A stretch of 64,000 nucleotides of DNA from an uncultured delta proteobacterium. Its GTDB lineage: Bacteria > Desulfobacterota > Binatia > Binatales > Binataceae. The notes below the pieces were generated by a model. The model saw only the letters and a list, made by a program, of their open reading frames with translations, had not been told where the DNA came from and did not search any database. How positions within the stretch are numbered: position 1 is the first letter of the stretch; each line of letters begins with the position of its first letter. This document shows, in pieces, positions 17,827 to 27,285 of this stretch. Location: the NCBI GenBank assembly GCA_963808235.1, contig CAWEEQ010000002.1, positions 179,496 through 243,495 of the forward strand, in the 5' to 3' direction. Position numbers and translations under genes: made by a program.

Positions 17827-17857
17827 CCACACAGTTATGCACAGTGCAAGTGTGTGG
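17827..17857. promoter_or_regulatory. Imperfect palindrome between divergent genes (putative operator)
   Basis: CCACACA-gtta-TGCAC-a-GTGCA-ag-TGTGTGG. Confidence 0.5.
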
Positions 17858-17913
17858 ATTGTCGTTGTGAAAACTGATAGCAATTAGATCGACGGCGCAC
17901 AAGTCGTACGAGA

Positions 17914-18120
17914 GTGGAGGACGTGGTGGACAGCATCAAAAGCGAATTCGTGTTCGTGAAGCCGGTTCGGGCGGCGAAACTCCTGGACATGTCGAAATCG
18001 AAAATCTACGAGATGATTCAGCGCAACGAGATACCGTTTGTGAGGCTCGGCGGCTGTCTGCGAATCCCGATGTCGGCCCTGGATGACTTCGTTGCGAGGG
18101 CCAAAGGCGAAGCGCGTTGA
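17914..18120 (+). CDS. Excisionase/AlpA-like HTH protein
   Basis: AAKLLDMSKSKIYEMIQRNEIPFVRLGGCLRIP. Confidence 0.85.
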   Translation: MEDVVDSIKSEFVFVKPVRAAKLLDMSKSKIYEMIQRNEIPFVRLGGCLRIPMSALDDFVARAKGEAR

Positions 18121-18280
18121 CGTCCGCCGCTCCAGAAAACGATCCGACGATCTATCCCGATGAAGTGGCGACGGCAAGGCTCGCCTCCATCGAGCGGTTC
18201 AACTTTGCCGATTTTCCAGTGTCTGTTGCGCGACAAAGGAATGCTGACTCAGCATCACGTACCGAAGCGGAGGGCGGCTG

Positions 18281-19144
18281 GTGGGAGGAAAACTCGGTTG
18301 GTTCCCATTCTATCCCCGGGATTGGAAGTCTGATCGTCAACTCGGGCGAGCGTCGGCCACGAGCCGCGGCGTCTGGATGGAGTTGCTTTCGACGATGTTT
18401 GTAGAAAACGCCGATCAGATTTCCGGAACGATCGATGAACTCGCGCGTGACGCGCGATGCAGCGTGGCGGATATCACTACCTTCATTGAGGACGCTAGAA
18501 GTCAGAAATTTTGCGACGTAACCGAATGTAACGGCGTCTACACCGTCGTCTCTCGTCGGTTCACTCGTGAAGCGAAGGACCGTGAGAGGAACAGAGAAAA
18601 GGTAAGTCGCTTTCGTTCAAACCAGTCTGCTCATAAACAAAGTAACCGCGGTGTAACCGCTGCGAAACCAAATGTAACTTCTGTCTCTGACTCTGGATCT
18701 TCCTCTGATTCCCATTCTGGATGTGATCTGAAGCGAAAGCCTGGAACTCCGTGGCCAGAGGATCTGAGGCTCACGGAGGAGATGAGGAGGTTCGCTGGCG
18801 TGGGACAGATTGACGCCGAGCGTGAGTTCGCTGCGTGGCACGATGACTGCCTGGCGCACGATCGTCGCTACTGCGATTGGCAAGCGGCGTGGAGAGCTCG
18901 TATTCGAAACGCACCTAGGTTCGCCGGTCCCTCGATCGCAACCGAAAGACCTCTGCGCGGAACCGTGAATCTTGGCAACACGGGTATGGCCAATCTCGCA
19001 AAACACCTGGGGCTGGGCGATGAAACACGAAGAGATGGTCAAGCTGCTGATACTAGTCAAGGGCAACTGGTACCGCCAGCCGACGGACGACCTGACGATC
19101 CGCGCGTGGCAGGAGATTCTCAGCGAAGAGATAGACGGGGGTGA
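18281..19144 (+). CDS. Phage-type replication initiator (DUF1376/YdaU-like N-terminus)
   Basis: WFPFYPRDWKSD...SRGVWMELL...SRRF; C-terminal YCDWQAAWRARIRN. Confidence 0.7.
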   Translation: MGGKLGWFPFYPRDWKSDRQLGRASATSRGVWMELLSTMFVENADQISGTIDELARDARCSVADITTFIEDARSQKFCDVTECNGVYTVVSRRFTREAKDRERNREKVSRFRSNQSAHKQSNRGVTAAKPNVTSVSDSGSSSDSHSGCDLKRKPGTPWPEDLRLTEEMRRFAGVGQIDAEREFAAWHDDCLAHDRRYCDWQAAWRARIRNAPRFAGPSIATERPLRGTVNLGNTGMANLAKHLGLGDETRRDGQAADTSQGQLVPPADGRPDDPRVAGDSQRRDRRG

Positions 19145-19508
19145 TGCTGCCGAGGCTGTTTTGGAGTTTGCTCGCTCCGGTGCGAAAGAACCGCCGACGC
19201 CGGGAATGGTCTTTCGAGCGGCGACGGAACTGGCGCAACGCCGCGAAGATCAAGAACGCCGCACGAGAAAATCGATCGAGGAGCTACCCGGCGATGAGGA
19301 ACGGGAGAGAATGAGACAAAATTTCAACGATCTTATCGATAAATTGACGTGTTCCATGGCAAGAGGGGACACCCAGGACGTGGCATCGGAGGCGGTTGGT
19401 GCATTCCAGAGTGCAGCGTCGACGCCGGTCGATGCGCGCAACATCGACCCAGAGACCAAACGCGCCCAAGAAATCATTCTCAGGAAGCGTCGAGTGAAAC
19501 TAAGGTAG
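19020..19508 (+). CDS. Putative helicase loader/inhibitor (G39P-like)
   Basis: TIRAWQEIL...AVLEFARS...PPTPG, directly after rep. Confidence 0.55.
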   Translation: MKHEEMVKLLILVKGNWYRQPTDDLTIRAWQEILSEEIDGGDAAEAVLEFARSGAKEPPTPGMVFRAATELAQRREDQERRTRKSIEELPGDEERERMRQNFNDLIDKLTCSMARGDTQDVASEAVGAFQSAASTPVDARNIDPETKRAQEIILRKRRVKLR

Positions 19509-19655
19509 ATGCAGAGAAAGACGCCATCGGTGGCAGTGGACGCCGGCGGACACTCTCTTGAAACGCGGAATAGAAAGATTGATGGAAAAACGGGAATGAG
19601 AGTTGTTCGCGGCGTACCGACAGACATGAGACTAGGGCTTGTCAGCATCAGAGCC

Positions 19656-19742
19656 GGGTAGGGGGTCAAAATCTCTGGGAGTCGGAGAACGTTGACCATT
19701 GGCTGGCTTCACGCGTGTGGCCGCAAGTTAGGGGGTAGGGGG
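19656..19742 (+). other. Candidate cos-type packaging site
   Basis: GGGTAGGGGGTCAAAATCTCTGGG...CCGCAAGTTAGGGGGTAGGGGG upstream of ParB-MTase/terS; resembles G-rich cos regions preceding P27-type terS. Confidence 0.45.
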
Positions 19743-19752
19743 TGTCGGTGGG

Positions 19753-21078
19753 GTGGTCGATATAACAAGCAAAACTATTCGCGATCGAATTTTGGAACTG
19801 CGCCGGGTTGCCGCACGTGACCTGGTGCCCAATCCGAAAAATTGGCGGCGGCATCCAGCGCGCCAAGCAGCGGCGCTGCGCGGCCTTCTACAGGAAATCG
19901 GCTACGCTGACGCGCTTCTAGCACGCGTATTGCCCGACGGCCGTCTGATGTTGATCGACGGTCACCTCCGCGCGGAGACCACGCCCGACCGATTGGTGCC
20001 TGTGCTGGTGCTCGACGTCGATGAAAACGAATCTCACAAGCTGCTGGCAACTCTCGATCCGCTGGCAGCGATGGCAGAGACCGACAAGCTCGCCTTCAAG
20101 GACCTGGCTGGTTTCGTCCAGACCGACAGCGCGGAGCTGCGCGAGCTGCTCGACGGCACGGCTGGTATCGCGAGGGAGACTCAACAGGACGCGATTCCCG
20201 CGCTTCCGGTAACCCCAGTGGCGCGGTTGGGCCAAATCTGGCAACTCGGCAAGCACCGCCTTCTATGCGGCGATTCTACGCGCCCGGGCGAAGTCGCGCG
20301 CCTGATGGGCGAGGAACGGGCCGTCCTGTTCCAAACCGACCCTCCCTATGCCGTTGGCTACACCGGAGGGTCGCATCCGGCGACCAGAGCGAATCGCGGC
20401 AAGGCGAATCGAAACAAAGACTGGTCAGGCCAGTATCGCGAAGCGGCACCATCTCCGGATATCGAAAGCAACTCCGAACTCGGCCGCGAGTTCTATCTTC
20501 GATTCATTATGGCCGCTATCGAACGCGCGATCGCGCCAAACGCAGCCTTTTACTGCTGGCACGCGAGCGCACGCCAGGCGATGCTCGAGGCGGTCTGGAA
20601 CGAAGTCGGCGCGTTCATGCATCAGCAGATCATTTGGGTGAAGAGCCGGCCGGTACTGACTTATTCGATCTACATGTGGGCTCACGAGCCGTGCATGTTC
20701 GGCTGGATCAAGGGCCAGAAGCCCGAGGTCGAACGCAAGCAGGAAGGTGGGTATCCGTCTACGGTCTGGGAAGTTCCTAGTGCCGAGATCGAAACCAACG
20801 AGCATCCGACCTCGAAACCGAATCGGCTCTTCGCGATCCCGATGGAGCTACACACAAGTCCGAATGACCTCTGTTACGAACCGTTTAGCGGCAGCGGGTC
20901 GCAGCTGATCGCGGCAGAGCAACTCGGTCGCCGCTGCTATGCGATCGAGCTGGAACCCCGCTTCGTCGACGTTGCGATCTCGCGATGGGAGAAACTGACC
21001 GGTCAGAAAGCTGAAGTGATTGGAGAGGAGGAGGTAGACGCGGATGAAGACACCAGGACCACCGCCAACACCGACTAA
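19753..21078 (+). CDS. ParB-N domain fused to an N6/N4 DNA methyltransferase
   Basis: PNPKNWRRH, IDGHLR; LGKHRLLCGDST, TDPPY, HPTSKP, EPFSGSGS. Confidence 0.92.
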   Translation: MVDITSKTIRDRILELRRVAARDLVPNPKNWRRHPARQAAALRGLLQEIGYADALLARVLPDGRLMLIDGHLRAETTPDRLVPVLVLDVDENESHKLLATLDPLAAMAETDKLAFKDLAGFVQTDSAELRELLDGTAGIARETQQDAIPALPVTPVARLGQIWQLGKHRLLCGDSTRPGEVARLMGEERAVLFQTDPPYAVGYTGGSHPATRANRGKANRNKDWSGQYREAAPSPDIESNSELGREFYLRFIMAAIERAIAPNAAFYCWHASARQAMLEAVWNEVGAFMHQQIIWVKSRPVLTYSIYMWAHEPCMFGWIKGQKPEVERKQEGGYPSTVWEVPSAEIETNEHPTSKPNRLFAIPMELHTSPNDLCYEPFSGSGSQLIAAEQLGRRCYAIELEPRFVDVAISRWEKLTGQKAEVIGEEEVDADEDTRTTANTD

Positions 21079-21523
21079 TTTGAAGCTGCTTAGAGGGAAC
21101 CCCGGCAAACGGAAGCTGAACGCGAATGAACCCGATCCTGCACCATCGATCCCGCCTTGCCCCAGTCATCTCGATAAAGTCGGCAAGAAAGAGTGGCGCA
21201 GAATCAGCAAGGAACTATTTGCGCTGGGGATAATCTCGAAGCTGGATCGCGCCGCACTCGGCGGTTACTGCGACGCGTACGGGCGGTGGGCGGAGGCGGC
21301 ACTACAAATTCAGAAATACGGTCTGGTTTTCAAATCGCCGAGCGGCTACCCGATGCCGTCGCCATATCTTGCGATTCTTCATACGGCGCTTGACCAAATG
21401 CGCGCTTTCCTCACTGAATTCGGATTGAGTCCCGCCTCGCGCTCGCGCGTGAAGGTCGCCAATCCCAAACAACGCGACCTGTTCAGCGATTTTCTCGATC
21501 TCGATGACGAAGATGCGGGGTGA
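21044..21523 (+). CDS. terS: Terminase small subunit, P27 family
   Basis: PGPPPTPTNLKLLRGNPGKR, KKEWRRI, EFGLSPASRSRV. Confidence 0.93.
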   Translation: MKTPGPPPTPTNLKLLRGNPGKRKLNANEPDPAPSIPPCPSHLDKVGKKEWRRISKELFALGIISKLDRAALGGYCDAYGRWAEAALQIQKYGLVFKSPSGYPMPSPYLAILHTALDQMRAFLTEFGLSPASRSRVKVANPKQRDLFSDFLDLDDEDAG

Positions 21524-21713
21524 AACCGATTATTCACGCGATGAGCGCGCCTCGGGTCTATCTTTGGGCTGTTGCTCATTGTTCCCTTGTCAGAATTGCA
21601 GCTGGCCGAGAAGCGAATTCGAAGCTACTGCCACTTCGTCAGCTGAGGAATCCGTGCCGGGAGTGGTTTCTCGCCGCCATGAAAGGCAACGGGCGCAGAG
21701 GCTCTTCTAAATT

Positions 21714-23045
21714 GTGAAGCGACTATCCTATAAAGGTGAGCGAATGAAGGCGTTTCGTCCATATGTCGGCAGCTTGCACGAGCTTCTGAAACGGTCGACG
21801 CGCCTACCGGCCCAGATCAATTCCAAAGCGGATATCGAGGCCGCACTAGACGGACAGCCAGCAGCCGAATTACGCCGCTGCGTTTCCGTAAAGCGCCTTC
21901 GCGCTGCGGGCGCTTTCTTTACCGGCTCGGCCATGGCTCACCGCGCGATTGCGGCCGCCGGTCTTTCGCAGCTGAAGCGCGATGCAACCGTGTTGGATCC
22001 AGCCTGCGGCGTCGGCGACCTACTCGTGGCTCTGGTCGAGCATTTGCCCCGATCCAACGATTTCCTTTCCACTCTCTCCGATTGGGGCGGTCGGATATTG
22101 GGCCGCGACGTTCAGGCGGAGTTTGTTAAGGCAACCAAACTTCGACTTGCGCTCGCAGCAATTGGCGCGGAACCGCTTCGGCGCGCCCTTCAGCTGCCGA
22201 GAATCCGCGAGCTCTTTCCAGGAATCACCGCGGGTTCAAGTTTGACCGGCGACGACAGTTTTGGAGCGGCTTCGTACATTCTCATAAATCCTCCCTTCAC
22301 CCAGGTTCCCGCTCCCGCGGATTGCGCATGGGGTTCGGGAAAAGTGAATTCCGCCGCGTTGTTCCTGGACGCATGCGTGACTCGATCCGAGCCAGGAACT
22401 CGTATCGTCGCAATTCTTCCAGACGTTCTTCGAAGTGGCTCGCGCTACGAGAGGTGGCGAAGCCTCTTTCAACGTCGCGTTGATCTTAGCAAAGTCGAAA
22501 TCGTCGGCCGATTTGACCGCTACGCCGACGTTGATGTTTTCATAGCCGTTGGAACCATCAGAAAGAAAATAAGTGCGACCGGTAAGGCGAATTGGACTCC
22601 ATCTGAGAAAGACAACGGGAGTACTATCGGTGAACGGTTTGATGTATCTGTGGGCGCCGTAGTGTCTTATCGAGATCCACGTCGCGGACCGTGGCATCCG
22701 TTTATTCAGGCGCGCGGAATACCCGCTTGGGATGTGGTGAGCTCTATATCAGACCACCGCAGGTTTAGGGGAAGAACATTTAAGCCCCCGTTTGTCGTCG
22801 TCAGACGCACTTCTAGGCCGGGAGACAAACATAGAGCAGTGGGCACCCTCATCCGGGGACAGAGTTCAGTTGCAGTGGAAAACCATTTGTTAGTTCTCAA
22901 GCCGAACGACGGTACCTTGGCAACGTGTCGCCGACTGCTAGCTCTACTTCAGCAGAACGGGACGACTGATATGCTCGACAGGCGCATCCGCTGCCGGCAT
23001 TTGACCGTATCGTCGCTGCGCGAATTGCCTTGGAGAGACGCGTGA
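21714..23045 (+). CDS. Gamma-class N6-adenine DNA methyltransferase with C-terminal target-recognition region
   Basis: GAFFT, VLDPACGVGDLL, INPPF, AILPDV; C-terminal PFVVVRRTS...ENHL...LRELPW. Confidence 0.85.
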   Translation: MKRLSYKGERMKAFRPYVGSLHELLKRSTRLPAQINSKADIEAALDGQPAAELRRCVSVKRLRAAGAFFTGSAMAHRAIAAAGLSQLKRDATVLDPACGVGDLLVALVEHLPRSNDFLSTLSDWGGRILGRDVQAEFVKATKLRLALAAIGAEPLRRALQLPRIRELFPGITAGSSLTGDDSFGAASYILINPPFTQVPAPADCAWGSGKVNSAALFLDACVTRSEPGTRIVAILPDVLRSGSRYERWRSLFQRRVDLSKVEIVGRFDRYADVDVFIAVGTIRKKISATGKANWTPSEKDNGSTIGERFDVSVGAVVSYRDPRRGPWHPFIQARGIPAWDVVSSISDHRRFRGRTFKPPFVVVRRTSRPGDKHRAVGTLIRGQSSVAVENHLLVLKPNDGTLATCRRLLALLQQNGTTDMLDRRIRCRHLTVSSLRELPWRDA

Positions 23046-24217
23046 CGAATACCTCAGCGGCCCTCAGATTTTCGCCAGACATTTTGAGACGCTTGGGTGA
23101 AGAGCTCAACCCGAGCCTCGACCAAAGTATTCTTGAACTCGTTAAGAATTCGTTTGACGCGGACGCTAGAGACTGCGCCATTGTTTTGAAGAAGACGGAC
23201 AGCCCGGGCGGGTCTATTGAAATTTCCGACAACGGCGACGGAATGGACGCCGAAGGAATCTTGAACGGATGGTTAATTCTTGGGCATTCAAGTCGAAACC
23301 CAGAGCAACGCACCCGTCTAAACAGGGTTCCGGCGGGCAGTAAGGGTTTGGGGAGGCTGGCCGCCCTTCGGCTCGGCGGCGCCGCGACTCTCAGAAGCCG
23401 ACCCAAAGGAGATGCAAAGCGAGAATATCGTCTGCGAATCGATTGGTCGCGCTACGATGCCGCCCCCGTAGTCGAAGATGTACCGCTATCAGTTGAGGAA
23501 CTTGCCAGACCTATTGGCAGCTCGGATGGCACCGACATCACGATTGAAAATCTCCACGCGACCGTCAGCCGTGCCGAAGTCAAACGGCTCGCGCGATCGC
23601 TCATCCTGCTCGCTGATCCTTTCGACGATAATCCAGAAGGCTTCAAGCCAGTCCTGCAGGCTCCCGAATTTTCAGACTTGGAGGCTGTTGTAGAAGCTCG
23701 CTACTTTAAAGATGCGGAGCTTCATTTGATTGCTACCGTCGACAGGAATGGTCGGGCACAAGCTAAAATAGTTGATTGGAAGGGCAAGGCGCTCTTCACT
23801 GCGAAGCACCGGGACATGAGCAACCGCGGAGAAGACCTCCGCTACAAATGCCCCGAAGCGACCTTCGACCTCTGGGCCTTCATTCTCAACGCCGATACTT
23901 TTGCCACTCGGACCTCAACCATTGATGAAGTGCGCGAATGGTTGAAGTTCTTTGGCGGAGTTCACCTTTACCAGAATGGGTTACGCGTAAGCCCCTATGG
24001 GAATCCAGGAAACGACTGGCTCGACATGAACCTTAGACGGTCGCAGAGCCCTGAAGAGAGGCCTTCGACTAATAACTCTATCGGTAGAGTTTCTATTCAG
24101 GAGACTGAGGGACTCTTGGTCCAGAAGACCGATCGCTCAGGCTTTATCGAGGGTGACTCCTTCATTGAGCTCAAACGCTTCGCTACAGACGCGCTCGAAT
24201 GGATGGCACGACGTTGA
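23042..24217 (+). CDS. MORC/HSP90-type GHKL ATPase (N-terminal part of an ATPase-kinase fusion)
   Basis: ILRRLGEEL, ELVKNSFDAD, ISDNGDGM, GSKGLGRLA, GTDITI, GGVHLYQNGLRVSPYG, QKTDRSG; GTG overlaps the MTase stop. Confidence 0.88.
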   Translation: MTNTSAALRFSPDILRRLGEELNPSLDQSILELVKNSFDADARDCAIVLKKTDSPGGSIEISDNGDGMDAEGILNGWLILGHSSRNPEQRTRLNRVPAGSKGLGRLAALRLGGAATLRSRPKGDAKREYRLRIDWSRYDAAPVVEDVPLSVEELARPIGSSDGTDITIENLHATVSRAEVKRLARSLILLADPFDDNPEGFKPVLQAPEFSDLEAVVEARYFKDAELHLIATVDRNGRAQAKIVDWKGKALFTAKHRDMSNRGEDLRYKCPEATFDLWAFILNADTFATRTSTIDEVREWLKFFGGVHLYQNGLRVSPYGNPGNDWLDMNLRRSQSPEERPSTNNSIGRVSIQETEGLLVQKTDRSGFIEGDSFIELKRFATDALEWMARR

Positions 24218-25114
24218 ATGCGCGAGGCCCAGAAGAGGCGCGGCAAGGAACGGCGCGAAACCCCTCAGCGATCAACCGAGGCCAAACTCAAGATAAAGGA
24301 GGCGATCAAACGTCTTCCCGGCAAAAAGGGCCAAGCCGTCGAACAAGCATTCGACAAGTACGAGAGTTTTCGTGACAAGGAGGTTAAGACATTACGTAAA
24401 GAGGTATTGCTCTACAGGACTCTGAGCACCGCTGGAATCACGGCTGCGACCTTTGCTCACGAGTCAGCGGGCAATCCTATCAAGGCGATTGACCAGGCGG
24501 CCAAGTCTGTGCAGAGGCGAGCGCGGAAAGAGTTGGGAGAGAAATATGATCAGCTCCTTTCGGAGCCCATAGATTTGATCATCCGCTCCACGGATGCGTT
24601 GAAGGTGTTAGGAAACGTAACGTTTAGTCTACTGGACCATGAAAAGCGGCGCTCTTCTCGAGTTGAAGTCCATAAGGTAATCGAATCGGTGATAAGAACA
24701 TACAAGCCGTTCACTCAAGAACGCGACGTTAAGATTGTACCTCGACTCGCTAGTGGGAATCCGTATCTGAGAGGAAGCGAAGCGGCCATCGAATCGATTG
24801 TCACAAATTTCCTAAACAATAGTCTAGTCTGGTTCGAGAAGGTGCATGAGAAAAAGCGCGAGATTCTGATCCGTACCGAAACCACGAACAGCACTCTAAA
24901 GTTGGAATTCGCTGATAGTGGGCCTGGAATAGAAGGAATCGATGTCGAAGACGTTTGGCTCCCGGGGGAGACAACCCGACCAAACGGTACCGGATTGGGC
25001 CTCGCAATTGTTCATGACACCGTCGAGGATCTGGGAGGTAGTGTTAAAGCTTTCCCTCGCGGTGAATTGGGCGGGGCCACGTTCTTAGTTGAAATACCGA
25101 TCTTGGGGACGTGA
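24218..25114 (+). CDS. Histidine kinase (C-terminal part, same frame after TGA 24215-24217)
   Basis: H-box FAHE, N-box NFLNNS, DSGPGI, GTGLGL, GGATF. Confidence 0.88.
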   Translation: MREAQKRRGKERRETPQRSTEAKLKIKEAIKRLPGKKGQAVEQAFDKYESFRDKEVKTLRKEVLLYRTLSTAGITAATFAHESAGNPIKAIDQAAKSVQRRARKELGEKYDQLLSEPIDLIIRSTDALKVLGNVTFSLLDHEKRRSSRVEVHKVIESVIRTYKPFTQERDVKIVPRLASGNPYLRGSEAAIESIVTNFLNNSLVWFEKVHEKKREILIRTETTNSTLKLEFADSGPGIEGIDVEDVWLPGETTRPNGTGLGLAIVHDTVEDLGGSVKAFPRGELGGATFLVEIPILGT

Positions 25115-25115
25115 A

Positions 25116-25790
25116 ATGTCAAGAACAATTCTCGGCCAAGAAATTTCACGCGTGAAAATCATTGATGACGACCCAGCCGCAAGAGGCGCGATGGTATTCA
25201 CAGTGACCGACGCGGATTTTCTGGCCCTGCCCGACGATGGTCCTCTGCCGAAGCTGGAAGAGTTTGTCCAAAGTGCCAAACAGTCGGTGGATGCTGTCGT
25301 ATGCGATCACCGCCTCAAAGGCACTTACGCAAAGTTTAATGGAGCGGAGGCGGCAGCGCACCTTTACAAAGAAAAGTGCCCGGCCGTGCTGTGCACGCGC
25401 TGGAACACAGCCGACATCGATGCAATGCGCCAGTACCTTCGGTACATTCCATCTCTTCTATCAACCGACAATGTGGACCCCGAAACCATCGCCGGTGGGA
25501 TTGCTCGATGCATCCAGGAGTTCAACAATGACCCCCCTCCAAGCCGAAAGCCTTGGCGTACTCTCCTTGCGGTAGAATCGGTGGCCTCAGACCTGCTTCC
25601 GCCTTTGTTTTATGTTGCGATCCCTGGTTGGGACTCAAAGGAAATCGTACGTTTGCAGCTCGATCTCATTCCCGAGGATCAAAGATTTCGAGTTCAACCT
25701 GGATATCGTTTCTTCGCAGCTGTGAACAAGGGAGCAGAGCGCCCTGAAGAACTGTTCTTTTCAGACTTCGAGTTTCCGAAGAAGGGGTGA
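25116..25790 (+). CDS. Receiver-domain protein with an uncharacterised C-terminal beta-rich domain
   Basis: IIDDD, VVCDHRL phospho-Asp, FNG, LCT; no HTH output domain. Confidence 0.8.
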   Translation: MSRTILGQEISRVKIIDDDPAARGAMVFTVTDADFLALPDDGPLPKLEEFVQSAKQSVDAVVCDHRLKGTYAKFNGAEAAAHLYKEKCPAVLCTRWNTADIDAMRQYLRYIPSLLSTDNVDPETIAGGIARCIQEFNNDPPPSRKPWRTLLAVESVASDLLPPLFYVAIPGWDSKEIVRLQLDLIPEDQRFRVQPGYRFFAAVNKGAERPEELFFSDFEFPKKG

Positions 25791-26779
25791 TGCCAATGGG
25801 CGAGCCGACCCTCTCGATTCTAGATGTGGGCCACGGAAACTGCGCCGTTCTCGTCGACGACAAAGTCGTAGTGATTGATGCAGGCCCCGGAACAACTCTG
25901 TTGGAGTTTCTGGAGAGGGAAGGAATTAAAGAAGTCAGTGTAGTGCTTGTCTCTCACGCTGACGAAGATCACGTCAAAGGGTTGGTAGGCTTGGTCGAGT
26001 CTCAAGCCGTCACTATTAGCACCATCCACGTCAATTCCGACGCCATCAAAGAGTCGGCGACGTGGAGTCACCTAGCGTATTTGTTGGATGAGGAAAACAA
26101 GGCGGGACATATACGGTTCGAGGTCGGCCTGACGACGAATCACTCGGATCAATTCAGTACAGCGTCGATCACCGTGGAAATCCTAGCGCCCTCTCCAGGC
26201 ATCGTGATGAAGGGTGTGGGCAGTCACGATCATAAGGGCAGAAAACTGACTAGCAACACCATGAGCGCGGTGGTGCGTCTGCTACGAGAAGGTACCCCTC
26301 TCGTACTGCTTCCAGGCGATCTTGATGAGACCGGCTTAGAAAACTTAATAGAGTCCGGTCGGGACCTGCACGCTGCGATAGCTATCTTTCCCCATCATGG
26401 CGGAGGATCGGCCGGTAGCGATCTGTCCCAATTCGCTTCGACATTCTGCTCAGCAACCACTGCGCGAATCTTAATCTTTTCGATAGGCCGAGGCAGATAT
26501 GGGACGCCTCGGCCGGAAATCATCGCCGCCGCGCGCGCTCATTCGACCAACCTGCGCGTACGCTGTACTCAACTTTCCGAACACTGCGCGAGTGAATTGC
26601 CCAAGTCCGACCCGACTCATTTGACCGACAAGATTTCCAGAGGCCGGGAGCTACGCAAGTGTTGTGCTGGTACACTCGTACTGAACCTAGGAAAAAATCC
26701 TGTTCTTCTTCCGATGGCAGAAGCACATCTGCAGTTCATTTCGGACTCAGCACCGTCCGCTCTTTGCACGAAGTCTTAA
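25787..26779 (+). CDS. ComEC/Rec2-like metallo-beta-lactamase-fold hydrolase
   Basis: LDVGHGNC, IDAG, SHADEDH, LPGD, PHHGG; Cys-containing tail; no TM segment. Confidence 0.88.
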   Translation: MMPMGEPTLSILDVGHGNCAVLVDDKVVVIDAGPGTTLLEFLEREGIKEVSVVLVSHADEDHVKGLVGLVESQAVTISTIHVNSDAIKESATWSHLAYLLDEENKAGHIRFEVGLTTNHSDQFSTASITVEILAPSPGIVMKGVGSHDHKGRKLTSNTMSAVVRLLREGTPLVLLPGDLDETGLENLIESGRDLHAAIAIFPHHGGGSAGSDLSQFASTFCSATTARILIFSIGRGRYGTPRPEIIAAARAHSTNLRVRCTQLSEHCASELPKSDPTHLTDKISRGRELRKCCAGTLVLNLGKNPVLLPMAEAHLQFISDSAPSALCTKS

Positions 26780-27167
26780 GCGGCCTCTCAGTGAGGAAGC
26801 GCAAGCAGCGTCAATCCGCACCAAGATTACTGAGAAGGGCTCAAAGATCGAGGCCGGTCCCGAAGTGCTCGTTAGGCAAGCGCGACCGACGCACGCGCGC
26901 CAAGCGATGGGAGTAGCCGGACGAAGATATTGACTACGCGGCGAAGGATCTGGATCGTTCGGACGTAGTCAACCCGCGCGAAGTTGGCATAGTCAGCGAA
27001 GTCTTCGCCGTCGTCAGTGACTACTTGCGGCGGAGCGACCCCATCCCATGGCAGCTTGCCCACTTCACCGATTTCCTGATCCGTCATAGGACTTACAGTT
27101 CCGCTCTCGTTGAGGTCAGTAAAGAGGTTCCATCTCAGCGCCGGCGCGCGGAGCTGACCTTTGGCCA

Positions 27168-27252
27168 TTCCCGGACAACATCGCCTCGCCCTCCGGCAGT
27201 GACATAGTCGTCTTCATCGTGTGGTCTAGGCTTGGCACGCCGCTGCCTGAGA
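27168..27252 (+). pseudogene. DUF4062-like fragment
   Basis: FPDNIASPSGSDIVVFIVWSRLGTPLPE. Confidence 0.5.
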
Positions 27253-27285
27253 AGACGGCGCTGATCCTCGGTGAAAAACCGTCTC

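Larger units (their letters stand above)
15673..21523. mobile_element. Phage-satellite (PICI-like) or prophage-remnant core
   Basis: int and regulator divergent from xis, rep, helicase-loader-like, ParB-MTase and terS; no terL, portal, capsid or tail genes. Confidence 0.7.

Noticed and set aside
21520-21717. 65-aa ORF between terS and the MTase as a terL remnant or fifth system gene
   Set aside because: No recognisable motif; I cannot support it as coding despite overlapping both neighbours.
24215-24217. Selenocysteine in the ATPase-kinase
   Set aside because: Arg-rich helical context, no redox motif and no convincing hairpin; CGA-to-TGA is simpler.
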